Shown: in pieces, positions 26,660-37,646 of the stretch | Numbering within the stretch: position 1 is the stretch's first letter | Layout of the letters: the number at the start of each line of letters is the position of its first letter | Source: Pocillopora damicornis | Lineage: Eukaryota | DNA: 64,000 nucleotides | Direction: 5' to 3' | Assembly: GCF_003704095.1 (NCBI RefSeq) | Contig: NW_020846178.1 | Span: 620,001-684,000, forward strand | The notes under the pieces: generated by a model | What the model saw: only the letters and a program-made list of their open reading frames with translations | Databases searched by the model: none | Told to the model about the DNA's origin: nothing | Program-made: the position numbers and the translations under genes

Positions 26660-29600
26660 TCAATAAAAATTTTTTTGATTAGGTTTTGGTGCTGGATGTG
26701 CTAAGTAATTTCCAGTCACATTAGTTATTATTGGATGTTGATCATATAGAACAGATACAGGATATACTGGGGGCTGATATGGAGCTTCATTGACCTGAGT
26801 GTAGACATCAGTCGGACGTATGAAGTTTTGGGAGTAAGGCGAGGGGAAAAGAGGACATGCTGTAAACGTTGAAGAGACGCTTGTTGCTCTTTGCTCCTCA
26901 ATGGCAGATGAGCTGATACGTGATGGATTCGGGATGAGATGCTGCCTTGGGGAAATGACCAAAGACTTGCCTTTATGTGGTAAAGGTTTTCCCAAAATGT
27001 GTGGATGTGTCAATTTACGGTTTGATCCTAGAGTCGGAATGCAGGGCGACAACAAGATAGGGCGAGACTCACTCCCATCTCCAATGTTCAGAGGTGCAAT
27101 GAAGCTGGTCTCCTCAACTGGAAAAGTTTCGGGACAAATTACTGACAGAGCAACATAACCTGGTCCATTTTGCCCCACGATGTTTCGCGGTGAACTGGAT
27201 GGCGATAATTTCGGAATCGGAGGTTGCTTTGGGTAGATGACTGGCCGTGGGATCTCAGTCTTGTGTGATCCAGAGTCCTCTTCAATACACGGAGATAAAT
27301 TGAGATGGGATGATTTTGGATTCAGCAAGATGATTGCGGGGTTAGAACTATGAAATGTTTCCCAGAAGTTGCAGTAAGATATGACATGGGGAGACGCCAT
27401 TCGTTGTACAGTATTTGCTGCGGGAGATTCTGGTGTGTGTTCTCCATGTGAATCAGGTTTTATCTCGTTTTCTGCTCGAGGAGAAACTTTCCTTGCACGG
27501 AACACCCTTTTACAGCGTCTTGTTACTCCGGGGAGGTAATTATACGGAAGTTTGTCAAACTTGTAAGTCGTCTTTTGCCCCCTAACCTGGAAAAAAAGTT
27601 AGCAACGTTTATGCTAATGTGACATGAGCAAAGTGCAATGTGCCGATGTACAAAGGCATCTAAGCATACAGAGCTTTGAATAAAGAAGGGTACGTTTCTG
27701 AAGAGACCATGGTGCCGCGTCGGCCGGGTATTACAGGAGAATTTGGTTTTTATAACTGAGTTGAGAATGCAAATTGGCCACCATAAAATGTTTCTAAGGC
27801 TAATATTTCGAGCGCTAGCCATTCGTCAGAGAAAACTATAAGTGAATTGATAATGATCGTGATGAAGTGGCTTTTAGCACTGGCACATCCACGGAATGAC
27901 TCCTCGTCCATTGTTTTCCAGTTTCGAAGTAGGATTTTGATAATAATATGTCTTTATTCGTTTATAGGATTAAAATATATTTGCTATGTTACAAGTTAAA
28001 AATCTAAAGCATACAAAGTATGAAAGGTGCAGAAAAATCCCCTATTCTAATGCTAAATTATATTTAAAGACTAATCTATTTACATAGATATTCAAAGAGC
28101 GGACCGTATTGATCTTGGGTTTTTCAGAGGAACTCCTTCTAGGGTTATAATGGGTAGATTTGATTCTAGGTAGAGAAGGCAGGAGAGGATGATTTACAGT
28201 GTTAGATACTTTCTTGAAAATGTTACGGTCTTGTATTTCCAGAGTGTTGTTAGCATTGATATATTTAGAAAAGAACTGACGTTTAAAACAGCGATCAAGG
28301 AAGCCTTGTACAGTGGAGGGCACCATAAACGGCTAGGCCGTAAAGAAAATTTGGCAAAACAAGAGTTTTGAATAGATGATTAATTTCGGATTCATTGTAA
28401 CTTTCTTTGCGCAAAGTTCTTAAGATATGTAGGCATTTGGCATTCCAATTTTTCCTTCTTACCTTCGTAATAATTCCATCAGTGTAATACTGTCTCAAAG
28501 CTCGACTAAGTTTGTCATAGGTCATGCCTTGTCTACCATTTTCGAAGCCCCATAATTTTGCCACAGCTTCTGTCTTGATAATTCTGAATTCTCCCTTCTC
28601 CTGTCTCGTCCACATTATCAATGACTGACATCTTTTTTCTGCAAGGAGTTCTAATAGAAACTCCCAAAGATGCATCCTGTTCTTAAAATGCTTTCTTCGT
28701 GTTTGCTTTGGATACTGATCTGTGCACGTGGCAAAGACAACAATAAATGAGACTTAAACTAGAAAAGATTGGAACGGATATTCATAAAAGTTCAAAGGCG
28801 CCATAACTGCTGAAATAACATGAACAGCTGACGAAAAGGTTTTAATTTTTTTATGGATTCTTCTTGATATTAATAGTCTTCCAAATACAATCCATCTTTA
28901 AGGGTCTCAAAGAAACAAAATGGTTTCCTGTTCGGCTATGATTACCAACGGGGAAATTATTTGGGTAAACGTTGTAGCTGTTTGTGGAACCTTAAATAAT
29001 TACTCTCAGAATGCTATGTTATCGGAAAGTAGAAAAAGAACTTTAGCCATTAGAAGAAATATTCAGAAGTTCTGCGAATCCGCAAGAACGCGAGTCAGGA
29101 GTTTTGACGTTGAGAATTGAAGACAGGAACTTTTGGAGCTGTTTTTTTTATAATTGCTATTTTCAAATATGGATCTGCAAATTGCTGTTTGATATTGAAT
29201 GATGTCTGACTCGTGAGTTGGTCAGTATTTGAGGTATATATAAAAAAAAATTCACCCCAGCAGAGAAAGAAGTGGATGTCTTTCTCCAGTTCGATGATTA
29301 AGTTTTGTGTGTTTTCAATCTTGCTTTTTTCAATTCAAGATCTTTCTTCCTAACTCAATGATATTACCATTTACTAATTACTGCTATATTTGGGAATGAA
29401 GCTTATGGTAAATTTTACCTTGTCTCCAAATAATTACAATTCTACGTAATAGTGTAATTAAGGATATTGAACAAGTCCAGTTGTGATGCTCACACAAAAT
29501 TAAAACCAAATTTGTAGAAATTCCACCTCCTTAATTTTCATAGCTTTACTAAGCCAATTCATGTTCTCTCTGAAGAATATTCGATAATATTTTCGTTATC

Positions 29601-30269
29601 TATGGCTACAACAACAAGGCGTGCAAGATCCTTTCTTCCAGCACTTTGTAATACAAGTAATCGGCAATTTTGCATTTCCCAACAGGTCCAAACTTTTTCA
29701 GTAATCTTACTCCAGTTACTAATAACTCGCCTTTTGTTGATAATTAGAAAATTCACTGTCAACAATTATTGACTCAATGATAAACTGATTTTCATATGAA
29801 TACGTCTCTCGAGATAGTTGAGGTCTAAATCATTCATCCAGCATTTTTGGAAGAAAACTTATGCTAAAAAAGACTAATCTAGTTTTATTAGGTACCTTGG
29901 CCATGTATTTACCATAGAACTGAGTTACTTTATAAATCAGAGTTATACATATGATATGCGTGGAGGTAAGGGAAAAACATTTTCACAGCAGTGCCCTCGA
30001 CGTCGAAATAATTATCACAGCTGAATGAAGTGGAATAATGGCAAATACATTTCAATTTAAATTATACGCCGAGGATAACTTGATGTTTTTTTGCAAAACA
30101 CCCGCAGATGATTTGAAACGGAAAATACATAGAAATCTATCTCAGGAATTTGATCCAACTTAAGTGTGGGATCTTAAGAGTTTAAACTGCGAAACAACTA
30201 CTCTGTTTATGAACATGCTTACGTACCTTTTCCATTAGGGATGGAGAAAGCTTTCTTTTCAGCGTCCAT
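26660..30269 (-). CDS. ETS-domain transcription factor (ELK-like, N-terminal ETS domain, Pro/Ser-rich tail), copy A, ~408 aa; exons 30269-30227, 28719-28463, 27586-26660
   Basis: The ETS domain [10 protein letters not shown]...[21 protein letters not shown]|VRGQKTTYKF is split by a phase-0 GT-AG intron. The first coding exon MDAEKKAFSIPNGK G|GTACGT is phase-compatible and has a TATA-like element upstream, but is less certain than exons 2-3. Confidence 0.9.
27678..27831 (-). repeat. Interspersed repeat, copy 2 (ETS copy A intron 2), inverted relative to 21553-21712
   Basis: The reverse complement reads CTCTGACGAATGGCTAGCGCTCGAAATATTAGC...GGCCAATTTGCATTCTCAACTCAGTT...CCGACGCGGCACCA...CTTTATTC. 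Confidence 0.7.
27939..28441 (-). mobile_element. 5'-truncated, frameshifted LINE (CR1/L2-like) ORF2 3' end with tail, inside ETS copy A intron 2
   Basis: Translations AKCLHILRTLRKESYNESEINHLFKTLVLPNFLYGLAVYGA and, after a frameshift, QGFLDRCFKRQF...HPLLPSLPRIKSTHYNPR...PKINTVRSLNIYVNRL match LINE RT C-terminal patterns. The element ends AATAAAGACATATTATTATC. Confidence 0.85.
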
Positions 30270-30322
30270 CTTTGTTTAGGGTAGAGGGAAGATGAAATGG
30301 CTTAATGCCCTCTGAACCGGAT

Positions 30323-30330
30323 CTTAAATA
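30323..30330 (-). promoter_or_regulatory. TATA-like element upstream of ETS copy A
   Basis: TATTTAAG on the minus strand, ~25-30 nt before a pyrimidine-rich CCATTTCATC initiator-like stretch and ~55 nt before the ATG. Confidence 0.4.
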
Positions 30331-32667
30331 GGGTAAAATTTGCTTTCGATTGCAGACCAAATTTAGGTCAAGGAAGTACAATGTATTATGATATTTGGGA
30401 GCCCTAAGTTCAAGAACCTCCACGGGAAGTTGAACCTGCGATATAATTAGACACGATCATATTACTGAACAATCAGTCGAGTTTCGATGCACTTGGTTAG
30501 GCTCACGCCCCTAATAGAGTAGCATAACAATTTTGCGGTCTGAAGATTCAGGGATGTATTTTTATCGTTCAAGATGAGTCAAATTTCTGCCGGGAACAAA
30601 CGATTGCGGTTTTTTTGTTCAACCTTACGGTACACTATAATATCAGAGACTTTTGACTAATTCTGTCAGATTATAATATTACTATATCTGGATGCAGACT
30701 ATCTGTCCCAGCTAAGACATCTATCGCTATAGTGGCTCAAGTATTAAAATTGGATTTTTTTTATTCTAGACTGAGGATAGTAAATCTTTTAGCGTTTCAT
30801 TTTGCCGGATGTTATCTTCGTTTTGTTCTGCTTTGTTTTGTTTTTCTTTGTTGTTGTTGAAGTGGGAACTTATTTGTGCTGATCGAGGAAAATCTGTAAG
30901 TTCCTTGTTACACAGCCGGGTATTTGTAAAATAGGTTTGGGACTTGGTAGAAAAAATGGTGCAGTTAGTTTATTACACCAGGTGACACACTTGGTAATCA
31001 TGTTATGATCAGATTATCAGTGGTAAGACTTCAGACATTTTTAATCCTGCAATCAAGTTCAATCGACCAGATGAAGTCTTCATGAAAAACACAGGAAGTT
31101 TAAGTAACGGATGAGAAGTTTCCAAAGTAAGCTCCCACTTCCACTTTACATCAGAGCCGAATGAACATCCAACAGTGTTTGTTCCTCGAACTTTCCTTTT
31201 GTTTTGCAATAACCAGATCATTTAAAGAAACACTTATCACAGGTGCACAGAATCAACTTCTGATTATATGCAAGAGCCTGAAAAATTGATTCTATAACTC
31301 TCTGCCATTCTGTGATCTTAAGTGTTCCTCTTTGCTTTAAAAATAGAACAGAGCATAAAGTCCTTGAAAGCAGACATCAGATTCAATTGTATTTAACCTC
31401 CTTTGAGCTTGTATTTCCGCTACTAATGTGTCTTACATTATTATAAACTGTATAAAGTACAGGTGCCAAATAGACGTTTGTCAATGAGCCAAACGGATGA
31501 GCTCCTCCCAGAGCAGATAAGTTGAATTGGGTCTATAGTTCCAGTTTAATCAACCGTACAATTGCTACACGACTCGATCTCATTGATTGAGTTGAAATCG
31601 TATCTTCGTCACAAAACCGTTCACAGTATTTACTTTGGGTTTTACGCTGGCAATAAAATAGATGAGGGATAAAAATCGTTTGTGAATAGCCCATAATTCG
31701 CTTAAATTGGAATGAAAATACTTCATTTTTGTGTGAAAATGATATTCTTTCTGTCTACTTGCGCTAAATTGCCCAGAAAACTTGCAAGATTCAATAGCCA
31801 AAAGCGTTTTTACGCATACAACATTTGACAGAAGGTGGACCACCGATTATTGATGACTTATGGAGATGCATCAATGCGCAAGACCGGAAGTGTTTGCCAC
31901 GTGTAAAATTCTTGACAGAAAAAAAGTACAACCAAATCAAAGTTCTATTCTTGTCGAGAACAAGATTTTTTTGCCAGCTCAGAAAAATCTGAACTAGTTC
32001 TGAGTTTTCCCTCCATATAATCAAAGCCGATGAGCTAACCGTCCCTAACTCAACCCAGGAAATTTCAAGATATTTAAGGAACAACTTCAGCGAGGTTAGT
32101 TTGTTTTTACTCAGAGCGAGCTTTCAGTTGAGACTGTTCTTTCCCATTCAAATCCTTACAGTTTGCCCATTGTGCGATGTACACATTTTTACATGCACTA
32201 AATTCACGGAGGGTCATAGTACGAGCTTGGGCTACCTGTGGCATAATTAGAGTCTTAAAACCCAGAGAGAGGAGAAGTAGCTTTTGACTTCATTTCCAGT
32301 AAAAAATTCCTCGTACAATTGTGCCGTCGAGTCTCGCGACTTGGTATCGTTTATTCACCGTGAGCACAAGCTGTTCCCGCGAGACTTCCTGATTGCCGTT
32401 TGTGTATCGCCACTACGTGATAATTACTTGTTACTAATTATTTGATTAGTTGTATTGTGAACATGTTTATGCTTTCATATCGTCCCAAAATGTTACGTAA
32501 TTTATAAAGGGGAGTTTGTTTTGATTTCTGTATTAATTTAAGCCTGTATATCAATGTTTACATTCACTTTTTAGAAGCAGCTTCGTCGATGCACCGTTAA
32601 GTAAATATCTTTCTTTCTTGTGAATTTTTTTCTACAAGTTTTCGTTCTCTTGTATATATTTAAGAAA

Positions 32668-33262
32668 CGTGTCTAAAATCAGACATTAGTGTCTAACAAC
32701 GGACACCAGAGTCCACATCATAAAATCGAACACAAATGTTCAAATTTAAAAATCAGACCAAAGTGTCCAAATTGTAAATTCGGACACCTCTGTCCAAATT
32801 ATAATATCGAACGCTACTTTCCGCATTATAAAATTGGACATTAGTGTCCAAGTTATAAAATCAAACAGAAGTGTCCAAACTAGAAAATCGTGCACTAATG
32901 TCCAAATTGTAAAATCGGACACTAGTGTCCAAATTATAGAGTCGGACAGTAGAGTCTGAAATGGGACACGAGGGTTTAAAATCCAAATTGTCAAATCAGA
33001 CAGTAGTGTCTAGAATCGGAAACTTGTGTCTAAATTGAGACAGCGGTGTCATAAGATAGCCATTAGTATCCAAATCAGACACTAGTGTTTCAAATCAGAC
33101 TCTAGTGTCTTAAACCAACACTAATGTCCGAAATCGATTACTGACGTCTAAATTTAAACATAAGTGTTTAAAATGGGACTCCCGTGGTTAAAATTGGACA
33201 CTTATGTCTAAAATCGGACTCCGGTGTCTAAAATCATACACTAATGTTTAAAATATGACACA
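32668..33262. repeat. Degenerate palindromic minisatellite with 27-bp and 20-bp unit variants
   Basis: Consensus TAAAATCGGACACTAGTGTC(CAAATTR). The core GGACACTAGTGTCC is a perfect 14-bp palindrome, intact at 32917-32930. There are roughly two dozen units. Confidence 0.9.
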
Positions 33263-33536
33263 AGCGCACATGCCATGGATTTGCGAGTTACATACATACT
33301 CAAACATGCTCATTTTCTCCTCCTTTTCCCCCTTCTTTAGCCTGCTATACAGTTGTTCGCTTATGTTTAAAGTAGTGTCTTATTTTTACGGACGTACACT
33401 TACATCACGACCGAGTATTATCGCCTTGATAAGCTACCAAATTTTCTAAGCTATGGTGCTGCGCCGCGCGCACGATGTGAGCCTCGGCATGATTCAATAA
33501 ATCTTATACCATAGCCTATTTTTTCTTTTAGTTGTC

Positions 33537-33625
33537 ACTTGCCTGCCCCTCCCCTAACCCAACATTAACCCTAACTTGTTATCAATTGACTCTTGTTGAG
33601 TTAGGGGAGGGGTAGGTGGGCAGTT
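33537..33625. mobile_element. Short hairpin (MITE-like) element
   Basis: GCCTGCCCCTCCCCTAACCCAAC...GTTGAGTTAGGGGAGGGGTAGGT form inverted arms. Confidence 0.7.
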
Positions 33626-33847
33626 ACACAGAAAATGATATTGATCCTCACTTGCAAACCCACCATGTTACTGTTCTCCATCCTTAAAAAGCTTACTTTT
33701 CCTCTAATCAGTCAACCCTGCAATGCAGATGTTGTCTGAAAAGACAGATCAGAGTGTCTTAGGAGAAGTGTCTGCGCTAAAGAAGTCATGATGGCGACTT
33801 CACTCTGTGTCATTTTTCAATGCAGTCTAAAGAATATTTGAGAAGAA

Positions 33848-34018
33848 ATAATAATAATAATAATGATAATAATAATTCTTTATATACATATGGCACTATT
33901 TCTATTGCTATCCAATAGCGCTTTACAACGACTGAAATAAACATAAAGTGCTTGATAATCTCGACCGGCAGGAGGCAGACCAGTCCAGCACCCCAACTGC
34001 TTGGCCACGCCTCCTTCC
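33848..34018 (-). mobile_element. Internally deleted tRNA-derived SINE with LINE-like 3' tail
   Basis: The minus strand reads GGAGGCGTGGCCAAGCAGTTGGGGTGCTGGAC (tRNA-like head with A-box), then TGGTCTGCCTCCTGCCGGTCGAGATT, then TGTAAAGCGCTATTGGAT...TATAAAGA(ATT)n. No B-box is visible. Confidence 0.65.
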
Positions 34019-35406
34019 TGGTCTTGCGTTTGGGGAACACACAAACTATCAACGGGGAGGAGCTGTCAGGATATATTTTGGGAATATTTTGTGCAAACAC
34101 TGGAGAGAGATGAACGTCAGTCTCTCCCATGGTTTGACTCACCCTCAAAACCAAGATAACATATTTTATTCACCATGGCTAGAAAAAAGTTCTTTATTGT
34201 ATTTAGGAGTTACTGTTTTCGAGACCTTTTTCATATTTCGACAGCTAAACCATTAATTTCTTTTTATGAGTCACTATATGAATTTAAAAAAATTGGAAGT
34301 GGGGAAATAGACGCAACTTCTTTAGATGTGTCAGTTGATATCTAAAAATTGAAATGATTCACCCGTACATCTAGAGTTCGTTATTACATCTATTCAGATC
34401 CTATCCTTCAAGAAATGTTTTCTGTCGATTAATCTAATTAGATATTCTCCTTTTGCAATATAACAACAAAAAAATAAAATTGGTTGTGTTATGTAAATTT
34501 TTACTTCTTTGATACTAAGATGGCATGTAGAAAAGTCTATTTCTAACGAATTCTGAAAGATAATATTTTATAAACCAAAGGTCTGAGTACCATAATTGCC
34601 TACTTTTTACAATCTAGTCGAAAGCACATTATAGTGATAAGATGTTGACTGTCAACACTTAAAAATATTTTACATTTTCTACTTTTTACAAAATCTCTCG
34701 ATCCCCAAACTCACATTGGCTCCCCTCCCTCCCCCACTCCTTCAGTGAAAACTAGTTCTGAACTGACCTACTTCTAAAGATTGGTTAGGGGGTGGGGGTT
34801 GGGAATCTTAAAAGAAGGCACATTTGATCAGCGAAATTTATAAAAGAAACCCCAAAATGTCACCAGAGTGTTTTAAGGAAATTTTCAAATATATTACTAT
34901 CCTTAAGGTAACAGGAAGTAATTGAGAACACTCTGATCAAAAGGGATGTCGATCCCCCTATTATATTTGTTTGATAATCTTTCCTCTGTTTGAAGGGTTC
35001 AGCTGTATTTTTCCAGACACGAAAAGAACACAAGGTAAAACTTGATCCCTGATCTCGTTGCACCTACTAAATCTCATTCGCTAAATTATGCGCTTTTCTT
35101 ATCTTATTATATAATTAACACTAATTTAAAAGACCTGGACCTTCGAAAATTATACAAGTTAGAGTAGTATAAATTAATCAATGTTGTAAAATTTTACAAC
35201 TGCAAGGAATGATTCAATAAATGTTGTAAAAAAAACAGTATTACTCAGTCTTTTTAAAAGAGCACCGTAACCCACGTGTCTTCTCAAATTTTGCTTTACA
35301 TCTGTTCTATCCAAAATTTATGAAAGACTGCGTGACACTTACATGATTATCCGTACGGTTTATAACAAACTGCACTACTATGGCGAGCTAAACTCGACTA
35401 AAAGTT

Positions 35407-37646
35407 TTATGCCATCGCTTGGCCATCGGCCGGGATCACCTTTTGTGGTAGAGCTGTTGGATGACCACATTTCATGATAACAGGCACTGAAATGTGCCTT
35501 ATTCCATGACTCGCCTCACTGAAGTAACATTCGTTTCGTGCAGAAACAGATGGCACGTGAAGATCATGCTTACTTCTGATTGGCTCTTGTGGGTCTTTGA
35601 GGTCTGGGATATTTGGGGTGCTCAGGTAGTTTGGATAAGAAATTACTTGGAACACTTCTCGCGTGGAAGAAGTCTTCTCGTGCTTCTCTGTAGTTTTTGA
35701 TTGGTCCTCCTTCTCCAGAATCCCACTGTCGTAAAGATTTTTGATTGGCTTATAATTGTAAGGGAGATCTACAAATTTGTAGACTAACCGCTGACCACTG
35801 ACCTATCATTTAAACGAAACAAAATTTGTAAATATAAGATGCATTTTAGTATCGGCTCTTTCTGAGTTGGCTTAAAATTGTTTTTTTTAAACACTTTATT
35901 TGATGAATCGATACGACCACACACTTTTTTGGTTTGTTTCTTTGAAAATGGTAATAAATAAATGCCAACTTTTAACGAGTTACGACTTTTCCTTAACATT
36001 ATGGTTACCATAACATGTCTACATCCCCTTTAGAAGCACATTTAATGGGAGTTATCTGTGTCTGTATCCAAAAAACGAGTTCAGTGTGTTTTGTGACTAA
36101 AAATCTTTACGTTTGGTGCAGAGCCCCCTAAATAGTTGGTGCAAATCCCCCCTCAAGAAATAGAAGCATCTTGAGCTTACAAAGACAAGGAAAATGAAAC
36201 AAAATGGTGAGCATGAATCCCGCTGGAACCTCAAATTCCCCTCTCTTTTTCCTTTACCAACGAAAACTGAATTAATTTCTAATTTTTTATTTACTTTGTC
36301 AACACGGATTATTAAAAAAAAATTCCACCTGCCTTTCTGATGATATTTTTTTGATAATAATATCTAAGGGCCCGGCTTAGTTTGTCATAATTCATTCCTG
36401 GTCGTTGTTTCAGTTCCCCCCAGCGCTTCGCAACTTCTTCCTGATTGCGAAGTTTGAACTCTCCTTTTTCACGTTTTGTCCACGTTATCAGCGAAGAGTA
36501 TCTTTCATCCGCCAAAAGCTCCAATAAAAATTCCCACAAATGGACTGCACTTCGGGATGTTCCGCGTTTCTTGGGGAGAGAATCTGAAACTGTAATGTAA
36601 AAAAAAAAGCGGAAATGTTTATATGATTTATTCCTACACGAGGAAAACAAAAGAGAGAACTTTAATTCCTCCTAACAACGTCTTTTACGAAGTTAATGAC
36701 GCACATCCCGCCCACACATACAGTGTTTTCACCTCGATATATTTGAAAACATTGTTTTCAATTAATCCGGATTGACATTGAAAACAATGGAAAAGTTTGA
36801 ATGAATGAACGGATAAATCCTCTTTAAATCGGTCTCGTATGAATTGTAGCACTTTAGTAAGTTTAAATATCAGCGAGCTTACATCGGGAAAAGTTTTAAA
36901 ACTAGTTTTCCTTTGAAATTCGCAATTTATTCATAGTTTCTTCAATTTCATAATTTTTTACCAAGCGATTGGGTTAATTTTGTCTCCTTTCCTTTCATTA
37001 ATTCAACAGAATTAAAGCACAATATGTCTTATGATAAATGCCAAGTGATGCCTTCAAACTGAAACTTAGAAAATCTGACATTTAAACTCGATAGATGTTC
37101 CTTGAAAGCAAGCACCTAGAAAAAATTTTAAGGGTTTTTTTTTAAATAATGCGAAAGACTTCTTACCAAAACATCTTCAGACATTTATGACCTTAAAATT
37201 AAAATTGACTTTCTCCTTACAGATTTCAGATTATAGATTGCCAGGGATCCTTTCATGGGAAACAAAAGAAACACACGCGTTTAAAGTAAAGTAAAAAAGA
37301 ATCATGTTTTCGATTCTTTGTTGGGCAAAACTTCAACAATCTGAAATGTTAAAACAATCAACTGTTTTTGTTTTAAGTAAATTTTAAAAAAAATCATGTT
37401 TTCGATTTTTTGTTGGGAAAAACTTCAACAATCTGAAATGTTAAAACAACCAATTGATTTTGTTTTTTGTAAATAGTTAAGATTAGAGTAAGCATATTCT
37501 CGACGCTAAAAAGAGCCCGCATTTGACATTTCAAGGAATTTGAAAATCCTAATTTTTCGAAAATAAGGAGCAAAATTACGTAGGCCAAATTGACGAAGTT
37601 TTTTCCTTTCTTTACCTGAGCAAGTTTGCTTCAGTGAGTCCGCCAT
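35407..37646 (-). CDS. ETS-domain transcription factor (ELK-like), copy B, ~225 aa; exons 37646-37616, 36583-36333, 35802-35407
   Basis: ETS domain [11 protein letters not shown]...[21 protein letters not shown]|[11 protein letters not shown]. The first exon has an ACCATGG context and a phase-1 donor G|GTAAAG. The second intron requires a GC donor (AAG|GCAGGT). The choice of first exon is uncertain. Confidence 0.88.
37294..37474. repeat. ~92-bp tandem duplication in ETS copy B intron 1
   Basis: AATCATGTTTTCGATT.TTTGTTGGG.AAAACTTCAACAATCTGAAATGTTAAAACAA occurs at ~37300 and ~37392. Confidence 0.9.

Noticed and set aside
21553-27831. Inverted repeat copies forming dsRNA between TRPC and ETS transcripts
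   Set aside because: Each copy has the same orientation relative to its host gene, so the two pre-mRNAs would not be complementary.
28295-28675. The 126-aa ORF as a stand-alone gene
   Set aside because: It is ETS exon 2 read through its donor into a LINE remnant. The domain is completed by the exon at 27586.
32668-33262. CRISPR-like array or repeat protein (ORF 32746-32994)
   Set aside because: Units are degenerate and head-to-tail with no unique spacers or cas genes, in a eukaryotic context. The ORF is just the 27-bp period read in frame.
37165-37256. Alternative first coding exons for ETS copy B ([18 protein letters not shown])
   Set aside because: Both end at phase-0 donors, incompatible with the phase-1 acceptors of the ETS exon.
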